The position numbers and the translations under genes were made by a program. Of a stretch of 55,825 bases of DNA, positions 20,457-30,205 are shown piece after piece. The notes below the pieces were generated by a model that saw only the letters and a program-made list of their open reading frames with translations, did not search any database and was not told the origin of the DNA. Position 1 is the first letter of the stretch. Every line of letters starts with the position of its first letter. The stretch spans positions 1 through 55,825 of the forward strand of contig CAZLPF010000005.1 of assembly GCA_964561365.1 (NCBI GenBank), in the 5' to 3' direction. The DNA is from an uncultured Candidatus Saccharibacteria bacterium. GTDB lineage: Bacteria; Patescibacteriota; Doudnabacteria; UBA920.

Positions 20457-20589
20457 GGGCGCGCCGGTTATAGGCGTATTGTACCGTAGGTTGACTGGGC
20501 GGGCCAGCCTGCGCTACAGTACTGAGCTCGGGTCGCTGCACGCGTGGCGTGTGTGCGGCTCATCTAGAGACCGCAGCTAACATTCCTCC

Positions 20590-21747
20590 GTGGCAGATCT
20601 GGTAACAACCGAAACCCAAACCGTTCCCGCGCCCGCTTCGCCCGAGGCGCAGGCCGCTGAGCTTCTCCGCGCGCCGCGCGTCCTGCTCGCCGTGCCGCCG
20701 CACCCCTCCGACGACGCGCTCTGTGCCGCCCTCGCGCTCGGCGAGCTCGTCCGCGCGCTCGGCGGCAGCGCCGACACCGTTTGCGCTTCGGGTGTGCCCC
20801 GCTACCTCTCGTTCCTTTCAGGTGTCGACGATGTCCGCGCTGAGCTGCAAGATACCGGCACCCTCCAGGTTGTCGTTACCACCACCGAGAAGCCGCTCGC
20901 CGAGGTCAGCTACGACACGGTGGGGGACACGGCCCGCATTCTCCTGAAGTCGGGCGGCGCGCCGTTCGACCCCTCCGACATTAGAATCGTTCAGGCCAGC
21001 CCGTACGCCGCCGCCGTGGTTATCGGCGCCCGCTCGCTCGAAGACTTCGGCGAGCAGATCGGGCGCGTCGCCGATACCTTCTACAGCGTCCCGACCCTCT
21101 CGCTCTCGAACCTGCCCGGCTCGAGCCCGTTCGGGGCCGTGAACGTGCACGACCTGCGTACCGCGTCGGTGTCCGAGCTCGCGCTCCGCGTGTGGCGCAC
21201 CACCGACACGCCTCTCTCGGTTGTCGGCGCGACCTGCCTGCTCGCCGGCGTCCTCTCCGCCACGCGGAGCTTCCGCGACGCGCGCACGAACCCGCAGGCG
21301 TTCACCGCGGCAGCCGAGCTCACCGAAGGCGGGGCCGAGCGTCAAGAAATCGTCCGCCACCTGTTCAAAACGCGCCCGCTGCACGTCGTGCACCTCTGGG
21401 GTCGGGCCGCGGCGCGGCTGAAGGTTTCCGCAGACGGCCGCGCGGCCTACGCGCTCCTCTCGGCCCAGGACCTCGAGCGGTCCGGGGCCAGCGCGGCGGA
21501 CCTGCCCGACGTCGTCCGCGACCTCACTGAGTACCTCGACGGTTACCAGCTCGTGGCCGTGGCCGTCGAGCAGCCGGGCGCGGGCGCGGCCGTAGCCTTC
21601 GCGACGCTCGATTTCGCACGCGCCACCGCCAACCTCGAGGCGGCGGGCGAGCCCCTCGGCCGCAGCGGCGCCTACGAGTTCGGCCTCGCGCAGCTGCCCG
21701 AAGGCACCGGCGCGGAGGAGCGCATCCTCACCGCGGCCGCTGCCTGA
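20590..21747 (+). CDS. DHH/NrnA-like protein with degenerate motifs
   Basis: PSDDALCAALAL, FGAVN, ATCLLAG..TRSF, HLWGRA resemble the DHH/DHHA1 fold; no DHH tripeptide. Confidence 0.65.
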   Translation: MADLVTTETQTVPAPASPEAQAAELLRAPRVLLAVPPHPSDDALCAALALGELVRALGGSADTVCASGVPRYLSFLSGVDDVRAELQDTGTLQVVVTTTEKPLAEVSYDTVGDTARILLKSGGAPFDPSDIRIVQASPYAAAVVIGARSLEDFGEQIGRVADTFYSVPTLSLSNLPGSSPFGAVNVHDLRTASVSELALRVWRTTDTPLSVVGATCLLAGVLSATRSFRDARTNPQAFTAAAELTEGGAERQEIVRHLFKTRPLHVVHLWGRAAARLKVSADGRAAYALLSAQDLERSGASAADLPDVVRDLTEYLDGYQLVAVAVEQPGAGAAVAFATLDFARATANLEAAGEPLGRSGAYEFGLAQLPEGTGAEERILTAAAA

Positions 21748-21834
21748 GCGCCCGGGCCCGTGCTAGAATAGGAGCGCGGGCAGCCCCCTGAATCGAAACC
21801 AAACGCCGCCGCTTTCCGGCGGCTTTCTAAAAAA

Positions 21835-23490
21835 GTGTTCAAGAACACGTTCCAAAAAGCCAGGGTCCAAGATCTCAACCGGACGCTCACCGACGTCAAC
21901 CGGCTCCAGCAGGACCGCGAGGCGCACCTGAAGGCCGACAGCTTCGGCGTGCCGTACATTGACCTCCACAGCTTCCCCGTCGACCTCCAGGTCCTCGCGA
22001 CTTTCACCGAGGCCGATGCCCGGGCCTGCGAGGCCATCGTCTTCCACCGCGATGGCCACGAAATTAAGGTCGGCGCCGTCAATCCGGACAGCGCCCTCTT
22101 GAAAGAACGCCTCCAGCACCTCCCGCCGCGTACGTCGGCGAAGATTTACCTCATTTCCGGCGCTGACTTCGAGCAGGTCATGAAGTACTACTCGAAGGTC
22201 GTAAAGCTGAAAGAGCGGGGCGATGAGGCGGTGCGCGTGGAGACCGAGCGCGACTACGCGGCCGAGTTCGCGCGCCTGAAAGACCCGGCGGCGCAGCGCC
22301 AGCTCTCGTCGACCGAGCTTGCCGAGGTTATCTTCGGCGGCAGCATGTTCTACGAATCGAGCGACATTCACCTCGAGCCCGAGGAAGGTTTCGTGAAGGT
22401 CCGCTACCGCATCGACGGCGTTCTGCAGGACTTCCTGCACCTCGCCTCCGACCTCCACAAGCCGCTCGCGGCCCGCATCAAGGTCCTCTCGCACCTCAAG
22501 CTCAACGTCGCGAACGTGCCCCAGGACGGCCGCGTTACCTTCTTCTACTTAGGCAAGCCTATCGACGTCCGCGTCTCGTCCCTGCCCTCGGCCTACGGCG
22601 AGGAGTTCGTCATGCGCCTGCTCGGCACCGGCGCGGTCTCGCTCAAGCTCGAAGACCTCGGCCTCCGCCCCGAGGCCCGCGCGGTCGCCGACCGCGCGCT
22701 CCAGAGGCCGAACGGCATGGTCATCACCACCGGTCCGACCGGCAGCGGTAAGACAACGACCCTCTACGCGTTCTTAAACCAGCTCAACGAGCCGGGCGTA
22801 AAGATTATTACCCTCGAGGATCCGGTCGAGTACAAGCTCGCCGGCATCGTCCAGACGCCGATCGACCACTCGGTCGACTTCAACTTCGCCAAGGGCCTGC
22901 GCGCCATTCTCCGCCAGGACCCCGACGTCGTTATGGTCGGTGAAATCCGCGACCAGGAAACGGCCGAGGTCGCGGCGCAGGCCGCGCTCACCGGTCACCT
23001 CGTCCTCTCCACGCTCCACACGAACGACAGCTCGGGGGCTATTCCGCGGCTGACGAACATGGGCGTCAAGCCCTTCGTGCTCGCCCCGGCGCTCGCGCTC
23101 ATCATTGCCCAGCGGCTCGTGCGCAAGCTCTGCACGGATTGCCGGGCGCCGGTGGAGCCCGAGCCACAGCTCAAGAAGCTCGCCGAGCAGGCGCTCGCCG
23201 CCATCGCCGATCAGCACAAGGCGCTCGTGCCGAAAAATCTGACCTACTACCACAGCAAGGGCTGCCCAGCCTGCCACAACCTCGGCTACCGCGGCCGCGT
23301 CGGCATCTACGAGATGCTCGAGGTCACCGAAAAAATTCAGGAACTCATCTTCCACGAATCATCTATGTCTGACTTCAAAAAGGTCGCCATCAGCCAGGGC
23401 ATGATCACCATGGCCCAAGATGGGGTCCTAAAAGCCCTCGAAGGCTTGACCGATTTAGAAGAGGTCTTCCGGGTCGCGGGCCAGGACTAG
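21835..23490 (+). CDS. PilB/GspE family secretion ATPase
   Basis: SDIHLEP, PQDGR, GPTGSGKTTTLY, TLEDPVE, LRQDPDVVMVGEIRD, two CxxC, GYRGRVGIYE. Confidence 0.95.
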   Translation: MFKNTFQKARVQDLNRTLTDVNRLQQDREAHLKADSFGVPYIDLHSFPVDLQVLATFTEADARACEAIVFHRDGHEIKVGAVNPDSALLKERLQHLPPRTSAKIYLISGADFEQVMKYYSKVVKLKERGDEAVRVETERDYAAEFARLKDPAAQRQLSSTELAEVIFGGSMFYESSDIHLEPEEGFVKVRYRIDGVLQDFLHLASDLHKPLAARIKVLSHLKLNVANVPQDGRVTFFYLGKPIDVRVSSLPSAYGEEFVMRLLGTGAVSLKLEDLGLRPEARAVADRALQRPNGMVITTGPTGSGKTTTLYAFLNQLNEPGVKIITLEDPVEYKLAGIVQTPIDHSVDFNFAKGLRAILRQDPDVVMVGEIRDQETAEVAAQAALTGHLVLSTLHTNDSSGAIPRLTNMGVKPFVLAPALALIIAQRLVRKLCTDCRAPVEPEPQLKKLAEQALAAIADQHKALVPKNLTYYHSKGCPACHNLGYRGRVGIYEMLEVTEKIQELIFHESSMSDFKKVAISQGMITMAQDGVLKALEGLTDLEEVFRVAGQD

Positions 23491-23502
23491 CGCCTGCCTC
23501 TT

Positions 23503-23531
23503 ACGGCCGCCGAAACGGCGGCTGTTTTTTT
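23503..23531 (+). terminator. Intrinsic terminator after PilB-like gene
   Basis: ACGGCCGCC-GAAAC-GGCGGCTGT followed by a T run. Confidence 0.7.
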
Positions 23532-23589
23532 GCGCCCGCGGGCCCCGCTGGTTCGTGGCGCGGGCATTGAATTATGGTACGATAGCGCC

Positions 23590-26500
23590 ATGAAACAGGC
23601 GCAAGAAATTTTTCGTTCAACGTGGTCGTTCGTTCGTACGCCGCGTGGCCGCCGGGCCCTCGCCGGCGCGGTGCTCGTGCTCGCCGTGCTCGCCGGGTGG
23701 CTGTCGTGGCGCGGCTACGTCGCGCGTCTCGGGCGCGGCGTACCGGCCTACCAGGAGCCGCAGGGGCTCGTGGCTGACAGCGTTTCCAAGAGCGCCGGCA
23801 TTGCCATTTATCTTCCGGCCGAGGTCCACTTCGCCGCCGCCGAGGCCGGCAGCCACCTTTCATTCGAGCCAAAAATTTCCGGCCGCTGGGCCGCTGGCGC
23901 GAGCGACCGCCAGCTCATTTTTCAGCCGTCGGACGACCTCACCGTCGGCTCGTACTACCGCGTGCAGCTCCAGGCCGGCGACGTTCACCTCGCCGAAGAT
24001 TTCTCCGTCGCCGAAGATCCCAAAATTCTCGCCGTCTTCCCCGGCCCCGGCGTCGAGGCTCCGGAGACGAGCGAGATAACCGTAGCCTTCAGCCGCCCGA
24101 TGGTTCCGCTCACCGCGCTCCAGGAAAACCTGGCCGCGAACGTGCCGGTCAGCGTTTCCCCGGCCACGCCGGGGCGGTTCCGCTGGGCGAGCACCCGGAC
24201 GCTCAAGTTCGTTCCCGCCGAACGGCTCAAGCGTTCGAGCACCTACACGGTGAGCGTCGGCCCCGGCCTCGTCTCGGTCGAAGGTCTCCTCGTGGCTCCG
24301 ACGACAACTTCGTTTACCACCCGGCCGCTGCGCTACGAAACGCTCCACCACGCCGGCAACACGCTCTACCGTGAACCCTTCGCCATCCGCTTCAACCAGC
24401 CCGTCGACCTCGGGGAGACTGCCAAGCTCATTTCGGTCGTGGAGGCGGGCAACCGGAAACCCGTTCCCATTGAAGCCGAGTACGGCACCCGCGAGGCCCT
24501 CGCGGGAACCACCGGCAAGACCGCCACCTACCGGGACAAGAGCGTGATCTTCGTCTACCAGCAGCAGGATCGCAACGGCCGCAAGCATTTCTGGGACAGC
24601 GAGACGAGCTACGAGCTCACCGTGCGCGGCGCCGTGCCGCTCGAGGGCGATATCCGCCTGACCGAACCCAGAAGCCTCGGTTTCCAGGTGCCCGGGTTCA
24701 TCGCCTCGGCTGCGGCGGTCTCCAAGCGCTCCGAACTCGCCACGCCAGAGCTGTTTGACCCCGAGGGCACGCTCGCGCTCACCTTCTACGAAGACATAGA
24801 CAAAGACCGCAGCCACCTGAGCGCCCGCGGCCTCAGGGGCGCCACCTACGGCACCCGCTGCAAGGTCGACGGGGACGGCAACGATGTTCGCCTCGGCGAC
24901 GGCTGCGAAGAGGAGACCAACTACAAGCAGCTCATCTTGAGTTTCGATCCCGGCGCCCTCTCGCCCGGCCAAAGCGCCCCCGTTGAGATTGACCGGCTCG
25001 TGAACCGGGACGGCGTAACCCTGAACGCCGGGCCCGTCACCCAGCCGGTAACCGTCTATCCGCCGCTCAAGGTCAGCAGGACCTTCCCCGGACAGAACGA
25101 CGCTGCCGCGAGCCTGACCGGCCTCACCGTTTGTACCAATTCGCCGCTCAAGGACCCAGAAGCTGACCAGCTCGGGAAGTACCTCAATCCGAGCGCGAGT
25201 ATTGGCCGGTGGTTCTGGCACCCGGCCTTCCGGGTTTCCTCTCCTGGGACCGGCATCCGTTGCGGCGTCGGCGAGTTCCAGAACGACATCGGCTACGGTC
25301 TGCAGCCGGAGACGCCCTACCGCCTCGATTTCAATTTTGAGGACCACTTCGGCCAGCGCCTGTCCTACCAGCTGTCCTTCAAGAGCGGGAAGGTTCAGGC
25401 ATCGTCGCGCAGCCTCACGCCGCTCCAGAAAGGCTACAACGTCACCACTCCTTCGCGCACCAAGCTGACGTACGTCTCCCGGAACCTCGAGTACGTGAAC
25501 GTTCACATTTGCAAAACCTCGGCCACGGACATGCTCGGCTACCTGAGGCGCAGCATCGCGCCCACCACGGCCGGGCAAGAGCTCACGTGCGCCGGCGGCT
25601 GGACGAAGCGCGTAGACTTGCCGAAGCGCTACTGGTCAGACAGCTACCTCCAGGTTGACCTGAAAGAGCTCGTGGGCGAAAACGCTTTCGGCTACTACGT
25701 GGTCAGCGTCTCGCACCCCGAGCTCCGCGAGCAGGTCTACAACCAGAAGACCGGCACGACCGAGCCGGGCCGGCCCGTCTACGACCGCGCGTTCGTGAAC
25801 GTTACGAACCTCGCGGCCCAATCGAAGCAGGTCCAGGTCGAACCCGAAAGCGCGGAGCCGGAACGGGCGACAGAGCGGCGGCTCCTGGCCGCCTCCGGCG
25901 GCGACCTGTACTGGGTCACGTACATGGGCAGCCTGGCGCCGGCTGGCGGCGCCACCGTGGTTACCTACGAAGATCGGGACGGCAAGATCGTCCAAACCGG
26001 CAGCGCCAGGACCGACGCCTCGGGCGTGGCCCGCGTCAAGCCCAGCCCCGGCGAGACGCTCGCCGTCGTCAGCCTCGGGCAAGACTCGACCCTCGTCTCG
26101 AGCCAGACCGACCAGTTCCAGTGGGCCTCGTCCTACTCGGGCGGGGACAAAACCTACATCTACACCGACCGATCCATGTACCGCCCTGGCCAGGATGTGT
26201 TCTTGAAGGGCATTTACCGCATCGGCTTCGACGGCACGTACGACGTCTTCCGTGACAAGCCGGTCCCCGTAAAGATTTTCAGCAGCAAGGGCGACCAGGT
26301 TTTCACCCAAGATATCGCCGTCGGCGACCGCGGTACTTTCGACGCCACGTTCCACCTGGCTCCCGACGCGCCGCTCGGTACCTACCGCATTGAAGCCAAG
26401 GGCGGCATGTACACCTTCAGCGTGGAAGAGTACGTACCCTCGGCATTCAAACTCGACGTCTCCTCGGACAAGGACGAGTACGTTGCCGGGGACGACTACG

Positions 26501-29500
26501 CGCTGTCGCTGGACGCGAACTACTACTTCGGCGTGCCGGTCGAGGGCGGCAAGGTCGAGTACGCGGTGCTGGCCCAGGACTACTACTTCGACCGCTACCA
26601 GGACGGCAGCTTCCAGTTCGGCGCGCCGTGGTACTACAACCCGGAAGCTTCCTACGGCGACGCCTTCGTCAGCCGCGGCACCGTGAACCTCGATGCCGGC
26701 GGGAAGGCACGCGTCAGCCAGAAGCTCGATTTCGACAAGCTCTTCAAGTCCGACGCGCGGAGCACGAGCAAGATCTTCGTCGCCCGCATGACCGTGACGA
26801 ACGCCACGGGCCAGTCGGTCTCGACCGAGAAATCGTTCATCGTCCACCGCGGCGACTACTACCTCGGCGTGCGGCTCGAGCGCAACTTTTTCGGCGCCGG
26901 CGAGCAGAACCGCCTCATGCTCAAGTCCGTTGATAACGCCGGCAAAGAGCGCGCGGTGCGCGGGCTGAAGGTCACCGTCAGCAAGGTCACCTGGAACTAC
27001 TTCAAGCGCCAAGAGGTGGACGGGGGCTACTACTACCACAGCGAACGGAAGCTCGAGAAGGTCAAAGAGCTTGACGTCAGCACCGACGACCGCGGGAACT
27101 ACGGCGAGCCGCTGACCCTCGACGCCGAGGGCGAGTACGAGCTGAACGTCAGCGGTACCGACGGCCGCGGCAACCAGGTGACCGCGGTCCAGGACGTCTA
27201 CGTCTACGGTGCGGGTACGGTCACGGTTCGGCCGCTGAACAACGAATCGTTAGATCTCGCCGTCGAGCGCTCGAAGGTCGAGGTCGGGCAGCGGGCGAGC
27301 GTCGTGGTTAAGTCGCCGTTCAAAAAAGCCCGGGCCCTGTTCGCCGTTGAGCGCGGCCGCATTCTGAAGTACGAAATCCTCGACGTGAACCAGAGCTTCT
27401 TCGAGTACGGCTTCACCGTGGACGATTCCTATGCGCCGAACGTCTACCTGACCGTTCTCCTGCTTTCTCCGGATCCGGCGGTGAAGTTCGGCCAAGTTAA
27501 CTTCCAGGTCGGCACCGCAGAGAAGCGCATCGACGTCCAGATACGTCCCGGCAAGAACCACTACCTCCCCGGAGAAACCGTTTCGCTCGACGTGGATACC
27601 AAGGGCAGCAACGGCGAGGGCGTTTCGGCCGAGGTTTCCCTCGCGGTGGCCGACCTGAGCGTCCTCGCGCTCTCGGGCAACCCGAAGAAAGACCCGGTGA
27701 GCTTCTTCTACGACGGCCGCCCCCTGGGCGTGACGACCGCGTCGAACATCAAGAACATTTTGACCGAAGCCGAGATCCCGGCCGGCACCAAGGGCGGCGG
27801 CGGGGGGGAGCCGAACGACCTGGCCAAGAAAAAGCGCGGCCTGTTCAAGGACACGGCCTACTGGAAGGCGAACGTGGTGACCGACGCGCGCGGCCACGCC
27901 CGCGTCGAGTTCGTGCTCCCCGATAACCTCACGACCTGGCAGGTCGAGGGCGTCGGCGTTACGAGAGACACGAAGCTCGGCGTCGGCTACCGCGAGTTCA
28001 CGGCCCAGAAGCAGCTCATGGTCGTGCCGCTCTACCCGCGCTTCTCGCTCCCCGGCGACACCTTCGCGCTCGGCGCTAAGGTCTTCAACCAGACCGGCGA
28101 AGCCCAGTCGCTGAAAGTGAAGCTCGAGAGCAAAACGTTTACCCTGCTCGACGGGACCGAGCGCTCGGTCCGCCTCGCGGCCGGTGAAACCAAAACCGTC
28201 TACTTCAAGGTAAAATCTCCGGAGTCCTTAGACCGCGGCAGCCACTCGTTTACCCTCTCGGCCCGGGGCGGGGGGTACGATGACACCGTCGAGCAGTCGT
28301 TCCCCATCCGCCGCAACGAGACCTACGAAGCCGTGGCCACCTCGAACTACACTACCGAACAGACGAGCTCCGAGTACGTCTGGCTGCCGAAGGGCGTCAC
28401 CGCGGACCGCGGCGGCCTCCAGGTCAAAGCCTCGGCCACGCTGCTCGGGCCCCTCCCCGAAGCCATTGACTACTTCGTCTCGTACCCGTACGGCTGCACC
28501 GAGCAAATGGTCAGCAAGATTGCGGCCGTAGCCGCGGTCAAGCGGCTCGCCAAAGAGCCAGGTTTCGCCGGCACTTTCACGGTTCCGGCGGTGACGCTCG
28601 GCGACGTGACCTACTCGGCCGACGACGTCGTGAGTATCGGCCTGTCTCGGATTCTCGGAAACCAGAACCCGGACGGCGGCTTCGCCTACTACCCGCGCAT
28701 GCAGTCCGACTTCTACCTTACGCTCCAGATCCTGAACGCCTTCCAGGACCTGCGCCGCGCCGGGGTGCCGGTCGACCAGTCTGCCGAGCGCCGGGCCGTG
28801 GACTACGCGTACCAGCGCTACGTCCAGAACCCGAACGCCTTCCAGGATCGCGACACGCTCATCCTCGCCGCCTACACCTTCGCCAATTCTCCCGCCGGCG
28901 CGCAGCAGTTCGCAAACCTCAAGCCCCGCATCGATCAGCTCATCAAGAACAAGCAGTTCATGAACGAGCAGGCCGGCAACGCCGCGCTCGTGCACCTGGC
29001 GCTCCTCGCGGTGCAAAAGTACCCGGCCGACGTCTCGGGCCGCGTGCTCGCTACGCTCGAGGCGCGCGTCAGCATCGATGCGCGCGGTGCATCGCTGAAG
29101 CCCTCGCCGAACGCCTGGCTCTGGGGCTACTACGAGACGCCGGCCAAAGACACGGCCCTGCTCGTGAAAGCCATTACCGCAGCGCGGCGCGAGAGCGTGG
29201 TGACCGACAAGCTCATCCGCTGGCTCATGCAGTCCCGCGCCAAAGACGGCTCCTGGGGCACCACGAACAGTACCGTCGCCACGCTCGACGCCCTCGTCGT
29301 CTACCTCGACTGGAAACGGGAAACGGATTCACGCTTCAGTCTCTCGTTTTCGGTCGACGGCGCAACCGTAACCGCCCGCGACTTCGGCGAGGGGACCGTG
29401 CTCGGTAGCCTCGAGGCCTTCCTCCCGGTCGCCTCGTTCACCCCCGAGCACCTTACGAAGCTCTCGTTTAGGAAGGATAATAAGAACACGCTCCCGAACG

Positions 29501-30150
29501 GCTACTACTCGGACATGGTCCTGCGCTACTACCTGCCCATAGAGCGCATTGCCCCGCGCGACGAAGGTTTCACCATTGAGCGCGAGCTCTACGCGCTCGG
29601 CGACCGCGCCGGCGAACACCCGCTCGAGAAAGCTAAGGTCGGTCAGGTCCTCCGCGGCCACCTCAAGATCGTCGTCACCGAGCCGCGCAACTTCGCGGCC
29701 ATAGAGAGCTTCATTCCGGCCGGCACCGAACTCGTAAACTTCAACCTCGCCACCGAAAATCAGCAGCTCCAGTCGGACGCGGGCGCCCCAGCGGGGCCGA
29801 CGACCGTGGTCGAACCCTCGGGCGTCCTCGGCGGCCTCGGGCGCTGGTTCCGCTCGCTCGGCACGAACCCGGGCGGCAGCGGGGCCACAGGCGGCGACCT
29901 GCCGGACTGGGTCTACTCGCCCGGCGCGGACCAGACGCTGAAACCCCTGCCGATCGACGCCCAAGAGCTCCACGATGACCGCCTCATGCTCTTCACCGGC
30001 TCGCTCCCGCCCGGCGTCTACCAGTACGATTACTTCGTCCGCGCGCTCGTGCCGGGCACCTTCCACGAGCTGCCCGCGGTTGCCTCCGAACTCTACTTCC
30101 CCGAGAATTTCGGCCGAACCCGCGGCGGCATGTTCGAGGTAGTGCCCTAA
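23590..30150 (+). CDS. Bacterial alpha-2-macroglobulin family protein (2186 aa), N-terminal TM anchor and Ig-like domains
   Basis: IYTDRSMYRPGQ, FSVEEY, FKDTAYW, LPDNLTTW, thioester YPYGCTEQ, YQYDYFVRALVPGTF; ATG at 23590. Confidence 0.95.
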   Translation: MKQAQEIFRSTWSFVRTPRGRRALAGAVLVLAVLAGWLSWRGYVARLGRGVPAYQEPQGLVADSVSKSAGIAIYLPAEVHFAAAEAGSHLSFEPKISGRWAAGASDRQLIFQPSDDLTVGSYYRVQLQAGDVHLAEDFSVAEDPKILAVFPGPGVEAPETSEITVAFSRPMVPLTALQENLAANVPVSVSPATPGRFRWASTRTLKFVPAERLKRSSTYTVSVGPGLVSVEGLLVAPTTTSFTTRPLRYETLHHAGNTLYREPFAIRFNQPVDLGETAKLISVVEAGNRKPVPIEAEYGTREALAGTTGKTATYRDKSVIFVYQQQDRNGRKHFWDSETSYELTVRGAVPLEGDIRLTEPRSLGFQVPGFIASAAAVSKRSELATPELFDPEGTLALTFYEDIDKDRSHLSARGLRGATYGTRCKVDGDGNDVRLGDGCEEETNYKQLILSFDPGALSPGQSAPVEIDRLVNRDGVTLNAGPVTQPVTVYPPLKVSRTFPGQNDAAASLTGLTVCTNSPLKDPEADQLGKYLNPSASIGRWFWHPAFRVSSPGTGIRCGVGEFQNDIGYGLQPETPYRLDFNFEDHFGQRLSYQLSFKSGKVQASSRSLTPLQKGYNVTTPSRTKLTYVSRNLEYVNVHICKTSATDMLGYLRRSIAPTTAGQELTCAGGWTKRVDLPKRYWSDSYLQVDLKELVGENAFGYYVVSVSHPELREQVYNQKTGTTEPGRPVYDRAFVNVTNLAAQSKQVQVEPESAEPERATERRLLAASGGDLYWVTYMGSLAPAGGATVVTYEDRDGKIVQTGSARTDASGVARVKPSPGETLAVVSLGQDSTLVSSQTDQFQWASSYSGGDKTYIYTDRSMYRPGQDVFLKGIYRIGFDGTYDVFRDKPVPVKIFSSKGDQVFTQDIAVGDRGTFDATFHLAPDAPLGTYRIEAKGGMYTFSVEEYVPSAFKLDVSSDKDEYVAGDDYALSLDANYYFGVPVEGGKVEYAVLAQDYYFDRYQDGSFQFGAPWYYNPEASYGDAFVSRGTVNLDAGGKARVSQKLDFDKLFKSDARSTSKIFVARMTVTNATGQSVSTEKSFIVHRGDYYLGVRLERNFFGAGEQNRLMLKSVDNAGKERAVRGLKVTVSKVTWNYFKRQEVDGGYYYHSERKLEKVKELDVSTDDRGNYGEPLTLDAEGEYELNVSGTDGRGNQVTAVQDVYVYGAGTVTVRPLNNESLDLAVERSKVEVGQRASVVVKSPFKKARALFAVERGRILKYEILDVNQSFFEYGFTVDDSYAPNVYLTVLLLSPDPAVKFGQVNFQVGTAEKRIDVQIRPGKNHYLPGETVSLDVDTKGSNGEGVSAEVSLAVADLSVLALSGNPKKDPVSFFYDGRPLGVTTASNIKNILTEAEIPAGTKGGGGGEPNDLAKKKRGLFKDTAYWKANVVTDARGHARVEFVLPDNLTTWQVEGVGVTRDTKLGVGYREFTAQKQLMVVPLYPRFSLPGDTFALGAKVFNQTGEAQSLKVKLESKTFTLLDGTERSVRLAAGETKTVYFKVKSPESLDRGSHSFTLSARGGGYDDTVEQSFPIRRNETYEAVATSNYTTEQTSSEYVWLPKGVTADRGGLQVKASATLLGPLPEAIDYFVSYPYGCTEQMVSKIAAVAAVKRLAKEPGFAGTFTVPAVTLGDVTYSADDVVSIGLSRILGNQNPDGGFAYYPRMQSDFYLTLQILNAFQDLRRAGVPVDQSAERRAVDYAYQRYVQNPNAFQDRDTLILAAYTFANSPAGAQQFANLKPRIDQLIKNKQFMNEQAGNAALVHLALLAVQKYPADVSGRVLATLEARVSIDARGASLKPSPNAWLWGYYETPAKDTALLVKAITAARRESVVTDKLIRWLMQSRAKDGSWGTTNSTVATLDALVVYLDWKRETDSRFSLSFSVDGATVTARDFGEGTVLGSLEAFLPVASFTPEHLTKLSFRKDNKNTLPNGYYSDMVLRYYLPIERIAPRDEGFTIERELYALGDRAGEHPLEKAKVGQVLRGHLKIVVTEPRNFAAIESFIPAGTELVNFNLATENQQLQSDAGAPAGPTTVVEPSGVLGGLGRWFRSLGTNPGGSGATGGDLPDWVYSPGADQTLKPLPIDAQELHDDRLMLFTGSLPPGVYQYDYFVRALVPGTFHELPAVASELYFPENFGRTRGGMFEVVP

Positions 30151-30160
30151 CGTTCAAAAT

Positions 30161-30198
30161 AAAACACCCCGTCCGCCAGCTGGCGGACGGGGTGTTTT
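30161..30198. terminator. Bidirectional terminator-like perfect 38-bp palindrome
   Basis: 28-nt core ACCCCGTCCGCCAGCTGGCGGACGGGGT identical to 1143-1170. Confidence 0.8.
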
Positions 30199-30205
30199 TA
30201 AATCG

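Noticed and set aside
21835-23490. PilB-like ATPase without adjacent pilin genes as a novel system
   Set aside because: Type IV pilus genes are often scattered; the other components may lie outside the window.
23860-30066. Long minus-strand ORFs (e.g. 23860-25578, 25636-27039) and similar ones opposite PBP1A, polA and uvrB
   Set aside because: Antisense shadows typical of high-GC coding DNA with strong codon bias; no motifs.
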